Below are positions 1 to 8,701 of a DNA stretch of 17,209 nt, one piece after another. The stretch lies in UHGV virus genome UHGV-0341595. One strand, given 5' to 3'. Below the pieces are notes generated by a model. That model was not told the DNA's origin, did not search any database, and saw only the letters and a list, made by a program, of their open reading frames with translations. Within the stretch, counting starts at the first letter, position 1, and every line of letters begins with the position of its first letter. The translations under genes and the position numbers were made by a program. The stretch is from a virus.

Positions 1-2157
1 ACCAACAGCCCCGCCAATGGCGCTACCGATACTCCCGACAATCCCCACCATTGCCTGCTTAAGCAGAATTTCTGTCATCATGGACAGCACGGAACGGGTG
101 AAGCTGCGCCAGTTCTGCTCACTGCCGGTCAGCATCGCCGCCATATTCTGCGCAATACCATCAAAGGTCTGCGTGGCTGCACTTTTAACCTGCGACATAC
201 TGTCCGTGGCGCTCTCTTCCCACTCACTCCAGCCGGACCTGAGGCCTGCCATCCAGCTCCCGCGAAGCTGGTCTTCAGCCGCCCAGGTCTTTTTCTGCTC
301 TGACATGACGTTATTCAGCGCCAGCGAATTATCGCCATACTGTTCCTTCAGGCGCTGTTCTGTGGCTTCCCGCGCTGCCTGCCGGTCAGTAAGCCCCCGG
401 TTTTTCGCCTCAATGGCTGCCCGTTTTGCCCGTTGTTGCTGTGCGAACTTATCCGCCTGCTGCGCCAGCGCGTTCAGGCGCTCCTGATACGTAACCTTGT
501 CGCCAAGTGCAGCCAGCTGGCGTTTGTACTCCAGCGTCTCATCTTTATGCGCCAGCAGGGATTTCTCCTGTGCGGACAGCTGGCGACGTTGCGCCGCCTC
601 CTCCAGTACCGCGAACTGACTCTCCGCCTTCCACAAATCCCGGCGCTGCTGGCTGATTTTCTCATTTGCTCCGGCATGCTTCTCCAGCGTCCGGAGTTCA
701 GCCTGAAGCGTCAGCAGGGCAGCATGAGCACTGTCTTCCTGACGATCGCCCGCAGACACTTTCACGCCGGACTGTTTCGGCTTTTTCAGCGTCGCTTCAT
801 AATCCTTTTTCGCCGCCGCCATCAGCGTGTTGTAATCTGCCTGCAGGATTTTCCCGTCTTTCAGTGCCTTGTTCAGTTCTTCCTGACGGGCGGTATATTT
901 CTCCAGCGGCGTCTGCAGGCGTTCGTAAGCCTTCTGCGCCTCTTCGGTATATTTCAGCCGTGATGCCTCAGACTCGGCCCAGTCCTTTGCTGCCATCTCT
1001 CTGGCCTTTTCAAGATCGGCCTGCAACGTGGCGGCTGAAAGCCCAAGTTGCGCATTCGCTCTGTCCTCCCATGCTCCCCGGAGATTGGCAAGAAATGCTG
1101 AGGTTTTACCGCGCCGGTGGCTTCGGCTCTGATACCACTGCCATTTTTTGTCCGCCTCATCAAAAGCCTTTTCTGCTTTCTCCAGCATTCCCTGGGCAGT
1201 GTCCGGGCGACCAATATCCAGCACCGAATCCCACATGGATTTGAATGCCCGTGCTGTCCTGTCTGCCCAGGTCTCCAGCGTGCCCATGTTCTCTTTCAGG
1301 CGGCGGGTCTGGTCATCAAACCCTTTCGTTGCGGCCTCGTTCGCCGCCTGCAATGCCCCGGCTTCATCTCCGGAACGCTGCAACTGAGCAACATACGCAA
1401 TCTGCTCCGCCGTCACGTTATGGAACTGACGTGCCATCGCTGTCAGTCCCGACGTCGGGTCTGTGGTCAGCTTCCCGAAGGCTTCAGCGACCTTGTCCAC
1501 CTCCACGCCGGATGCAGAGGAGAAACGCGCCACACTCTGGCTGATCGCCTCAAACTGCTCACCACCACGCACACCGGCATTCACCAGCGCCGTCAGTGAC
1601 TCGCTGGTCTGGTTAAACGTCAGCCCTGCCGCCTGCCCGGCTCTGGACAGGGCCAGAATACGATCTGCCGTCAGTCCCGCCTGATTGCCGGAAAGGACCA
1701 GCGTTTTGTTGAAATCGGACAGGGTTGAGTTGCCCTGATACCAGGCATACGCCAGCGCACCGGTCGCCACCGCCAGCGAGGTGGCCCCCACCATCGGCAG
1801 GGTGATCGCACCGGCAAGCCCCCTGAACATGGGGATCATCCCGCCGAAGGAGTCCTTAACCTGACCACCCTGTTGCAGCAGGATCAGCCACGGACTTTGC
1901 CCGCCTGCAAGCTGCGTGGCCACGTCGGTGAACTGTGCAGGCAGCATACGCATGGCGGCTTTATACTGCCCGACGGAAATCCCCGCTTTCTGTGCAGCCA
2001 GCGCCTGTCGGCTCAGCGACTGTTCAACGACTGCCGCTGTTTTTTTCGCATCAGTTTCCGTACCGGAAAAATGACGCCTGACTCTGGCCATCTGCTCGTC
2101 AAATCTGGCCGCATCCAGACTTAAATCAACGACCAGATCGCCTACCGGTTCAGCCAT
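1..2157 (-). CDS. H: Tail tape measure protein (lambda gpH-like), partial: N-terminal ~719 codons, 3-prime end runs off the window start
   Basis: Minus-strand frame open from ATG at 2157..2155 to position 1. Translation starts MAEPVGDLVVDLSLDAARFDEQMARV and the window start encodes GIAQNMAAMLTGSEQNWRSFTRSVLSMMTEILLKQAMVGIVG, matching lambda H as I recall it. Follows G/T as in lambda. Absent from the ORF track because there is no stop inside the window. Confidence 0.9.
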   Translation of the reverse strand, partial: MAEPVGDLVVDLSLDAARFDEQMARVRRHFSGTETDAKKTAAVVEQSLSRQALAAQKAGISVGQYKAAMRMLPAQFTDVATQLAGGQSPWLILLQQGGQVKDSFGGMIPMFRGLAGAITLPMVGATSLAVATGALAYAWYQGNSTLSDFNKTLVLSGNQAGLTADRILALSRAGQAAGLTFNQTSESLTALVNAGVRGGEQFEAISQSVARFSSASGVEVDKVAEAFGKLTTDPTSGLTAMARQFHNVTAEQIAYVAQLQRSGDEAGALQAANEAATKGFDDQTRRLKENMGTLETWADRTARAFKSMWDSVLDIGRPDTAQGMLEKAEKAFDEADKKWQWYQSRSHRRGKTSAFLANLRGAWEDRANAQLGLSAATLQADLEKAREMAAKDWAESEASRLKYTEEAQKAYERLQTPLEKYTARQEELNKALKDGKILQADYNTLMAAAKKDYEATLKKPKQSGVKVSAGDRQEDSAHAALLTLQAELRTLEKHAGANEKISQQRRDLWKAESQFAVLEEAAQRRQLSAQEKSLLAHKDETLEYKRQLAALGDKVTYQERLNALAQQADKFAQQQRAKRAAIEAKNRGLTDRQAAREATEQRLKEQYGDNSLALNNVMSEQKKTWAAEDQLRGSWMAGLRSGWSEWEESATDSMSQVKSAATQTFDGIAQNMAAMLTGSEQNWRSFTRSVLSMMTEILLKQAMVGIVGSIGSAIGGAVG

Positions 2158-2988
2158 ACCGGACTCCTCCTGCGATCCCTTCTGATACTGTCATCAGCAT
2201 TACGTCATCCTCCGTCATGTCCGCCACATCCGGGGAAGCGGGGATAACTTCATTCCCGTCCGGGCCAAAGCGGACGCCTCCGGCAAGCCCTGCCGCTTTC
2301 TGCATCAGCACATCATCTTCAGGCTCTTCGTCAGCCTCGCGCCGGTTCAGCAGACTGAAATCCAGCGGATGCATATCCGGCTCGCTGAAAAACAGGCTGA
2401 GTACGGTGTACGTCAGCCCGGAAAAGTGCATATCCAGCAGAACATCATGAAAATAATGGGTACTGTAAAAGCGGTGCCAGTCGGCATACTCCGTGGATGA
2501 CATCCCGGCAAGCATGGCGCGCCAGTCGGGTCGCCCCATCTCACGCGCCAGTTTCAGGGCAAAACTCAGCTCACCGTCGAACACTTTCCCGCAGAAACAG
2601 GCTCTGCTGGCCCGGCGTCATCTGCCTGTTCAGGTGCATCATTCACAACAAACTCAGACATACCGGACAGACGCATTACCACATTTTCAGCCTGAGCAAT
2701 TGCCTCTGTGGGCCAGGTGGTAAGCACTTCCTGCTCAATTTGTTTAACGGCTTCATTCATGGACGGCATCTTTGTCTTCTGCGGATGGCTATGCCACAGG
2801 GACATCGCCACCAGAAAAGCACCGGTTCTGACGAGATCTTCCACGCTCACCTGTCGATTGAGACTGGATCCCGCCTGTTCTGCCTGTCGTTTCAGCAGGG
2901 CGAGATGCTCAATTCGCTGCAGGGCTGACAGTTCAGAAAGCGTGACGCTCACACCGTTATATTCAAATGATTCGGTTTTCAGGAACAT
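2150..2988 (-). CDS. T: Tail assembly chaperone G-T fusion made by programmed -1 ribosomal frameshift; the T portion (2150..2584) has no start of its own
   Basis: Minus-strand heptamer G GGA AAG (plus-strand 2584..2590, ctttccc) lies in the G frame 6 codons before the G stop. The -1 frame continues as VFDGELSFALKLAREMGRPDWRAMLAGMSSTEYADWHRFY... to a stop at 2150, 7 nt before the H start. Same architecture as lambda G/GT. Confidence 0.85.
2566..2988 (-). CDS. G: Tail assembly chaperone G (lambda gpG-like), 140 aa
   Basis: ORF track 2566..2988 (-), MFLKTESFEYNGVSVTLSELSALQRIEHLALLKRQAEQ...; same length and position (between V and T/H) as lambda G; ends 18 nt past the slippery heptamer. Confidence 0.9.
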   Translation of the reverse strand: MFLKTESFEYNGVSVTLSELSALQRIEHLALLKRQAEQAGSSLNRQVSVEDLVRTGAFLVAMSLWHSHPQKTKMPSMNEAVKQIEQEVLTTWPTEAIAQAENVVMRLSGMSEFVVNDAPEQADDAGPAEPVSAGKCSTVS

Positions 2989-3003
2989 CGCTGACTCTCC
3001 GGA

Positions 3004-3744
3004 TTAACTGTCGGTGACGGTGATTTCTGCAACCACAGCAAGTTCACCATTACCGGATACAACCGGAATGTTGACCTTGCCTGCAGCAACACCTTTCACG
3101 GTGATGGTCATACCACTGACCGACACGGTGGCTTTTGTTTTATCCGCAGACACCGCACGGAAGCTCTTGTCGGTTGCGCCTTCCGGCTGGAATGCCACGG
3201 TCAGCGTGGTGCTCTGCCCTTTCACCACCGAAGTGCTGGCAGGCGTCACGGTCATGCCGGTTGCCGCTGTTACCGTGCTGCGATCTTCTGCCATCGACGG
3301 ACGTCTCACGTTGGTGACTTTCACCGTGCGGGTGATCACTTCCTTCGCCGTCACCGCCTTACCGATACTGCTGACCCAGCCGCGGAACACATCGACCGTG
3401 CCGTTCGGGAAGCGGATTTTATAGGCACGGGTATCCCCTTCATTAAACCACGCCAGCAGCGCCTGCTGCCCCTGCTCTCCGGGCATCCACGCCAGCGTGA
3501 AGCTGGTATCTCCGGCAGATTTCTGCCCCTGCCCGGTCGCAGTCCAGTCCGCATCTTCATCATCGAGATAGCTGTCGTCATAGGACTCAGCGGTCAGTTC
3601 GCCGGGCGTCAGGTCTTTAACTTTAGCCAGACGCGACCAGTCAACGTCTGAAAGCGGGTTCGCATAAGGGTCACCGTTCCCCTTATAAACCCACAGTGTG
3701 GTCCCGGCCCCTTTCACCGGCATTACTGGATTTGGTACAGGCAT
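3004..3744 (-). CDS. V: Major tail tube protein V (lambda gpV-like) with C-terminal Ig-like domain
   Basis: ORF track 3004..3774. I place the start at the internal ATG 3744..3742 ([22 protein letters not shown]...), which has a GAGGA RBS and lies 8 nt after the U stop; gives 246 aa. C-terminus is T/S/V-rich, typical of the V Ig-like domain. Confidence 0.9.
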   Translation of the reverse strand: MPVPNPVMPVKGAGTTLWVYKGNGDPYANPLSDVDWSRLAKVKDLTPGELTAESYDDSYLDDEDADWTATGQGQKSAGDTSFTLAWMPGEQGQQALLAWFNEGDTRAYKIRFPNGTVDVFRGWVSSIGKAVTAKEVITRTVKVTNVRRPSMAEDRSTVTAATGMTVTPASTSVVKGQSTTLTVAFQPEGATDKSFRAVSADKTKATVSVSGMTITVKGVAAGKVNIPVVSGNGELAVVAEITVTDS

Positions 3745-3751
3745 ATCGTCC

Positions 3752-4147
3752 TCACATTTCATAGGTAATGACATAAGTCAGATCGGCTGAACTCCACAGG
3801 CCCGCATCATCGTCGCGCCGGTAGTCATAGCCACTGGCCACCATACTGGTGATCAAATCTGACAGTGCCGGGACATCGCTCATCACCGGATAAATCCGGG
3901 ACTCCATCCACGAATCCAGCTCTGAATCCGGCACCTGAGCAGGCAGGAAAACTTCAATATGCAGCTCCGCCTGCCAGGTATCACTGTCCAGCTCTTCGCC
4001 CGTGTATTCAGCGCCGGTGAGATAAACGGCAATTGCCGGAAAATCCGCCTCATCAAAAACAGCGGGGCGACCATCAAAAAGCGTCGCCCCGGTGTCATGC
4101 TTCTCCAGTGCATCCAGTACGGCTGCACGGAGTTCAGTATGTTTCAT
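3752..4147 (-). CDS. U: Tail terminator protein U (lambda gpU-like), 131 aa
   Basis: [72 protein letters not shown]...; ATGA start/stop overlap with Z; lambda order Z-U-V. Confidence 0.92.
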   Translation of the reverse strand: MKHTELRAAVLDALEKHDTGATLFDGRPAVFDEADFPAIAVYLTGAEYTGEELDSDTWQAELHIEVFLPAQVPDSELDSWMESRIYPVMSDVPALSDLITSMVASGYDYRRDDDAGLWSSADLTYVITYEM

Positions 4148-4722
4148 CGCTTTATTACCATTCTCAGTTGATGCTGCAGCGCATAGCCCAGCTCTTTCGG
4201 AAGACGTTCACGCCGTATCCGTTCAATATTCTGTTTAAACGCCGTGGTAAGCGGCACCGCCATCGGGATTTTCACCACATCAATGGGGTAACGGTTTTTC
4301 CCGGCCACACGCTGCATGACATGCCACCGGCCATTTTTCAGTTGCTGAATAAACGCGCCGGGAATACGACGGTTTCCCACCACAAGCACGCTGCCGCCAC
4401 CTTTCAGGGATGAACGCTGCCCCTTTTTACGACGTCTGCGGCGGGAAAGGACAACCCGCGCGTTACCCAGCTTGATTACGGGCAAATCCCCCCGGTTAAC
4501 CCTGATTCTGGCCTGCGGATTTTTGACCGTGGCCCTTTTCAGCCTGGCCCTTTCCTTTACCAGTTTCCGGCGTACCTTTGTCTCACGGGCAACCTGTGAC
4601 GCAGACTGCGATATCGCGGATGACGCAACGCGGTTAATGGCCATTGCGGCGGCACCAGGCACCGCCGTTTTGCTGATACGGCTGAGGTTTTCAACGGCCT
4701 GCTCAAGACCTTTTATGGCCAT
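4144..4722 (-). CDS. Z: Tail completion protein Z (lambda gpZ-like), 192 aa
   Basis: ORF track 4144..4722; length and position between FII and U as in lambda; basic RRRRRKKGQR stretch. Confidence 0.88.
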   Translation of the reverse strand: MAIKGLEQAVENLSRISKTAVPGAAAMAINRVASSAISQSASQVARETKVRRKLVKERARLKRATVKNPQARIRVNRGDLPVIKLGNARVVLSRRRRRKKGQRSSLKGGGSVLVVGNRRIPGAFIQQLKNGRWHVMQRVAGKNRYPIDVVKIPMAVPLTTAFKQNIERIRRERLPKELGYALQHQLRMVIKR

Positions 4723-4733
4723 ACATCCCCCTT

Positions 4734-5087
4734 TCAGCGGCGACGGTTAACGGCAGGCGGCACGCCACGCCCAAGCCAGAGATGACAGCTTCCGCCATCA
4801 TCCGGCGAAATCCGGTCCACCCAGAAGTTTTCCTCGCCGATGGTCAGTGTGTCTCCACGCCGCAGCTGCCGCACATCATCAGTCCGGACAAACAGGGACG
4901 GGCTGGAGCCTTCAACGCGCACCCCCTGTCCGGCATAGCTGATATTTTCAGGGTCATCAAAAACACCACGTATCACAGCACCGGACAGCTCACCGGATGT
5001 CATGGTGGCTGACGTTCCCATGTACCCGCGTATCGTTTCATCGGCGCGGGCAATGGCAGCATCGAACAGGTTATCGGAATCAGCCAC
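4734..5087 (-). CDS. FII: Head-tail joining protein FII (lambda gpFII-like), 117 aa
   Basis: MADSDNLFDAAIARADETIRGYMGTSATMTSGELSGAVIRGVFDDPENISYAGQGVRVEGSSPSLFVRTDDVRQLRRGDTLTIGEENFWVDRISPDDGGSCHLWLGRG...; same length and position as lambda FII. Confidence 0.9.
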   Translation of the reverse strand: MADSDNLFDAAIARADETIRGYMGTSATMTSGELSGAVIRGVFDDPENISYAGQGVRVEGSSPSLFVRTDDVRQLRRGDTLTIGEENFWVDRISPDDGGSCHLWLGRGVPPAVNRRR

Positions 5088-5098
5088 AGCGCCTCCCG

Positions 5099-5494
5099 TT
5101 ATTGCATTCTGGCCAGGCCATGTTCTGTCATTTCGGCTGCCACACCGGCAGAGACACGAAACGCCGTTCCCGGCAGCACAAATGCCACAGGCTCATCCCG
5201 CGTGGCGTGAAGTGCATCAGTATGCAGCGTCACCAGTGCCACGACCGTGACCAGAGCAGCCGTATCAATCACGGTATCCGGCTGCGCTGATACCACCTCA
5301 TTTTCATGTCCGGTCAGCGCATTTTCCGGGCTGACAGATGTGTCCTGACCGGCAGCGTCATCCGTGTCATCAAGCTCCTCTTCCAGCTCTGCCACACGGA
5401 GCACCAGTTCTTCTTTCGTCCCCGTCAGGCTGACATCACGGTTCAGTTGCTCACCCAGCACCTGAAGACGGGCAATCAGTTCATCTTTCGTCAT
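5099..5494 (-). CDS. FI: DNA packaging/head assembly protein FI (lambda gpFI-like)
   Basis: ORF track 5099..5533. I place the start at ATG 5494..5492 (MTKDELIARLQVLGEQLNRDVSLTGTKEEL...), preceded by GGAGGA; this gives ~131 aa, matching lambda FI. The upstream 13 codons of the track ORF are probably not translated. Confidence 0.85.
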   Translation of the reverse strand: MTKDELIARLQVLGEQLNRDVSLTGTKEELVLRVAELEEELDDTDDAAGQDTSVSPENALTGHENEVVSAQPDTVIDTAALVTVVALVTLHTDALHATRDEPVAFVLPGTAFRVSAGVAAEMTEHGLARMQ

Positions 5495-5535
5495 GGACTC
5501 CTCCACAGAGAGAAAATGGCCCCGAAGGGCCATGA

Positions 5536-6324
5536 TTACGCCAGTTGTACGGACACGAACGCATCAGGATCAGCCAGCAGCATCAGCGGTGCTGACTGAA
5601 TCATGGTGAACTCACGCGCCGGATCGCCGGTGGTCACCCAGTTTTTCGGGTAGCGGGCAGAGGCGTTAATACCTTCGCGCTGTGCGTCCGCATCCTGAAT
5701 GCAGCCATAGGTGCGCAGACCGCGTGCCTGAGTGTTCCCCAGCACCATCGTGTTGTCCGGCAGGAAGTTCTTTTTGACGTCGTTTTCCACGTACTGTCCG
5801 GAATACACGACGATCGCCGTATCGCCATACATCCCCTTATAGGACACCGCTTCGCCCAGGTCTTTTACCGCTGTCTCCAGCTCGGAATTAGAGCCGCGAC
5901 GGGTATCCAGCTTCTCCTTGACGGCTTTGAAGGAACGGAACAGCGCCCAGCCTTTCGGATCAAACACGATGATATTCACCACGCCGCTGGCGTTCAGCGC
6001 GTAGGCTTCGATATCGTCGGTCGGGTCATACGTGGACTTGTCACGCTTGCTCCACTCCGTGCCGCCGGACTGCGTGATGTTGTTCGCCGCACTGCGGCCC
6101 ATATCCACCTCAACCGGATCGAAGGCTTCACCGGTCATGGTGTATTTGCCCTTGAGCACGGCAGAAACTGCCTGCATCTCTTCGACCTGAGCAATGGCCA
6201 GCTCTTCGTCACGCATGTTCTGCAGGATGATGCGACGGCGGCGGTAAGCCGGGTCCGCCAGATTCTGCGGATCTTCATCCGGCAGGCGACGCAGGGTCAT
6301 CTGCGGATTCACCTCATGCTTCGG
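5536..6324 (-). pseudogene. E: Major capsid protein E (lambda gpE-like), 5-prime truncated: only the C-terminal ~260 codons remain
   Basis: Translation ...PKHEVNPQMTLRRLPDEDPQNLADPAYRRRRIILQNMRDEELAIAQVEEM ... PLMLLADPDAFVSVQLA corresponds to lambda E from about residue 82 to the end. The frame hits TAG at 6327..6325 exactly where composition switches to AT-rich. No E N-terminus upstream; the track ORF starts at an internal GTG. Confidence 0.85.
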
Positions 6325-6352
6325 CTACATGAGTCAATCCCGAAAGAACTAT

Positions 6353-6382
6353 TTGATTTCACTTAGCTTTGTGGTTTATATA
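6353..6382 (+). promoter_or_regulatory. Candidate sigma70-type promoter for the DUF262-HEPN cassette
   Basis: TTGATT (6353..6358), 18-nt spacer, TATATA (6377..6382), about 100 nt upstream of the DUF262 ATG in an AT-rich non-coding stretch. Pattern match only. Confidence 0.3.
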
Positions 6383-6480
6383 TCTACGCAACTCCTATCA
6401 CTGCAATACTTTCTGCAATACAGATATGTGTAGTGAGGACTTGTCTAAAAACCATATTCACGAAGAAAAAGGATGACACG

Positions 6481-7644
6481 ATGCAACCAGAAGATTATGA
6501 AGAAAAGCAATACGAGGATGAGCCAGAATCCTATCCAATTGATGAGTTTCAACTTACTACTACGCCCAATGATTTTAATATAATCACAATTATAAGTTTT
6601 ATTAAATCAAAAGTTTTTAAAATCCCTAACTTTCAAAGGCATTATGTTTGGGATATCAAACGAGCATCAAAACTCATTGAATCTCTTTTAATAGGCCTTC
6701 CTATACCTCAAATATTTTTATATGAACAAGATAAAAATGAATTTTTAGTGATAGATGGTCAGCAGAGATTAATGACCCTTTATTACTTTGTAAATGGTGT
6801 ATTCCCTAGAAAAGAGAAACGTTCTGAACTGAGAAAAATCTTTGAAGATAATGGAAACATTCCAGAAAACATTCTTCACAATGATGAATACTTCACAAAG
6901 TTCAACCTAAAACTTGATGGTCTATCAGACACCCAAAAAAACAAGTTTAATGGGAAAAACTATGAAACATTAAACGAATTTCAAACCACTTTAAATCTGG
7001 CAACCATACGAAATATGGTAATCAAACCGGTTGCACAAGATTCGGAAGATGGTGCAATGTTTGAAATATTTAACCGCCTAAATAGTGGGGGAATGAACCT
7101 TTCTCCTCAAGAAATTCGTATGAGTTTATATCACTCAGACTTTCTTTCAAATCTTGTTTCATTGAATGAAAACAAGACATGGAGAAAAATTCTTTCAAAA
7201 AATGTTGTTGACATGCGATTGAGTGATATTGAAGCGATATTGCGCACATTTGCTATGTCCCTTTTTACATCTCAATACAAAAGCTCAGTTAGCGGTTTTT
7301 TGAACAATTTCTCAAATTATGCAAAAAACTACGACACTAAAGACATAATTTTATTTAGTAATATATGGAATGAATTTATGGATAGTGTTGATGGAATTGA
7401 TGAAATCAATTTCAGAACTGGTGGGAATCGTATGAGTATAACTTTATTTGAGTCAATTTTTTATGCTGCAACTTATGACTCATTTAAAGATAAAGATCTA
7501 AAAATAAGACAAGTGACGGTGAATTATATCGATAAGCTTAAAAATGATCCTGAATTTCTGACATTTAGTACTGATAAAACAACAAGAAGAGAGCATGTAA
7601 TTGGACGTCTAGAACGTGCAAGAACAATTTTGGAGGGAATGTAA
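6481..7644 (+). CDS. DUF262 (ParB/Srx-like N-terminal nuclease/NTPase) domain protein, ~387 aa
   Basis: ORF track 6433..7644; likely start ATG 6481 (MQPEDYEE...) with AAGGA 7 nt upstream. Contains the hallmark DUF262 motif FLVIDGQQRLMTLYYF and a second conserved block FEIFNRLNSGGMNLSPQEIR. Low-GC codon usage unlike the flanking phage genes. Confidence 0.8.
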   Translation: MQPEDYEEKQYEDEPESYPIDEFQLTTTPNDFNIITIISFIKSKVFKIPNFQRHYVWDIKRASKLIESLLIGLPIPQIFLYEQDKNEFLVIDGQQRLMTLYYFVNGVFPRKEKRSELRKIFEDNGNIPENILHNDEYFTKFNLKLDGLSDTQKNKFNGKNYETLNEFQTTLNLATIRNMVIKPVAQDSEDGAMFEIFNRLNSGGMNLSPQEIRMSLYHSDFLSNLVSLNENKTWRKILSKNVVDMRLSDIEAILRTFAMSLFTSQYKSSVSGFLNNFSNYAKNYDTKDIILFSNIWNEFMDSVDGIDEINFRTGGNRMSITLFESIFYAATYDSFKDKDLKIRQVTVNYIDKLKNDPEFLTFSTDKTTRREHVIGRLERARTILEGM

Positions 7645-7648
7645 AATA

Positions 7649-8197
7649 ATGGAGGATATGGGATATACTTCTATTGAAAGTATGTTTAATAACTATAAGT
7701 GTTATTATGATTTTCTTCTAACTCATAATGAGATTAGTTTTGCTAATGATTACAAATCACAATTTTCAAAAGTAATGCTATTAGCATGTGCTAGCTATTT
7801 TGAAACTTTAGTTGTAACTAAGATACATTGTATGCTTAACCCAAGCCAATGTAATCTTACACACGATTTTATCGATAATAAGGCCCTAACCAGGCAGTAT
7901 CATACACTCTTTGATTGGAAAAAAAGGAATGCAAACCAGTTTTTTTCCTTTTTTGGCCCAAAATTTAAAGAGTTTATGATTGAGAAGGTAAAATCAAGCA
8001 CAGAGTTGACCAAGTCTATCTCTGATTTTATGGAAATCGGAGAGCTAAGAAATAAATTAGCACATAATAATTATGCTACTTTTGTATTAGAAAGCACAGC
8101 TGAAGAGATTTATAATAAATTTTTAAATGCACATTCATTTGTCTCTCAACTAGATACGTTCAGTACACAGTTTAGAGAGCAAATTGGTGAACAGTAA
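7649..8197 (+). CDS. Small HEPN-motif protein (putative RNase-type effector), ~182 aa, coupled to the DUF262 gene
   Basis: ORF track 7616..8197; likely start ATG 7649 (MEDMGYTSIE...), 5 nt after the DUF262 stop, with GGAGGG upstream. C-terminal ELRNKLAHNNY fits the HEPN R-x4-6-H motif. I recall HEPN-like nucleases of this type being annotated adjacent to DUF262 proteins. Family assignment is by motif only. Confidence 0.6.
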   Translation: MEDMGYTSIESMFNNYKCYYDFLLTHNEISFANDYKSQFSKVMLLACASYFETLVVTKIHCMLNPSQCNLTHDFIDNKALTRQYHTLFDWKKRNANQFFSFFGPKFKEFMIEKVKSSTELTKSISDFMEIGELRNKLAHNNYATFVLESTAEEIYNKFLNAHSFVSQLDTFSTQFREQIGEQ

Positions 8198-8235
8198 TAG
8201 TTTATCTCCAGCAAAAAAAATAACTTGCAAATAAT

Positions 8236-8262
8236 AAAAGCGGTCGCGTGACCGCTTTTTTC
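8236..8262. terminator. Bidirectional rho-independent terminator
   Basis: aaaaGCGGTCgcgtGACCGCtttttt: 6-bp GC-rich stem, 4-nt loop, A-run before and T-run after, 39 nt downstream of the HEPN stop. Confidence 0.75.
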
Positions 8263-8409
8263 TATTTATCATTGCTATTTTCCTTTATTATTTCAGCAAT
8301 TGACATAACTAAGGCGTCTGCTTTATTTCTAGTCCTATCAAACATATCTCTAATTACATCAATATAATAATGTTCCTCAAAAATATTTACGTCTGACAAA
8401 AGTATTGCA

Positions 8410-8456
8410 CAACTCTTGCCCAAAATGTCAGCCAGTTGATCTTTGTTGACTTCCAT
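8410..8456 (-). pseudogene. nu1: 5-prime fragment of terminase small subunit gene nu1 (first ~15 codons only)
   Basis: The track ORF 8262..8456 starts MEVNKDQLADILGKS, matching the lambda Nu1 N-terminus MEVNKKQLADIFGAS as I recall it, then diverges into AT-rich sequence with no further Nu1 similarity. The 64-aa ORF is most likely a chimeric remnant. Confidence 0.7.
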
Positions 8457-8676
8457 TGTTCATTCCACGGACAAAAACAGAGAAAGGAAACGACAGAGGC
8501 CAAAATGCCCGTTTTCAGCGCCTGTCATTTCCTTTCTTTTCAGGGGGTATTTTAAATAAAAACATAAAGTTACGGCGAAGAAGAACGGAAATGCCTTAAA
8601 CCGGAAAATTTCCATAAATAGAGAAAAACTGCGCGCCTGACGCCCCGTAGCCTGTCAGATCGCCGGAAAGGACCCG
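8457..8676 (-). other. Lambda-type cos site (cosQ-cosN-cosB), oriented with the minus strand
   Basis: The minus strand reads ...GGGTCCTTTCCGGCGATCTGACAGGCTACGGGGCGTCAGGCGCGCAGTTTTTCTCTATTTATGGAAATTTTCCGGTTTAAGGCATTTCCGTTCTTCTTCG...GAAAAGAAAGGAAATGACAGG...GGCCTCTGTCGTTTCCTTTCTCTGTTTTTGTCCGTGGAATGAACAATGGAAGTCAAC, near-collinear with the lambda left end/cos region as I recall it, ending at the nu1 start. cosN core is around 8630..8650. Confidence 0.75.
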
Positions 8677-8701
8677 CCAGCCAGAGCGGGCCCTAATTTC
8701 A

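Noticed and set aside
17-2124. Several plus-strand ORFs in the track (17..487, 433..963, 666..1244, 1117..1599, 1245..1544, 1873..2124)
   Set aside because: They lie antisense to the tape measure gene H; translations are low-complexity (Ala/Ser/Arg/Leu/Cys-rich), typical of spurious frames opposite a high-GC gene.
3014-3424. Plus-strand ORF of 136 aa, and minus-strand 3351..3581
   Set aside because: Antisense or out-of-frame inside the well-supported V gene; no RBS or motif.
4033-5599. Plus-strand ORFs 4033..4413, 4472..4750, 4782..5012, 4997..5290, 5306..5599
   Set aside because: Antisense to Z, FII and FI, which have clear lambda-like translations.
8262-8409. C-terminal 49 codons of the 64-aa ORF as a real small protein
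   Set aside because: Only the first ~15 codons resemble Nu1; the rest is open frame through AT-rich junction DNA ending in the terminator. More likely a remnant than a functional gene, though translation of a chimeric peptide cannot be excluded.
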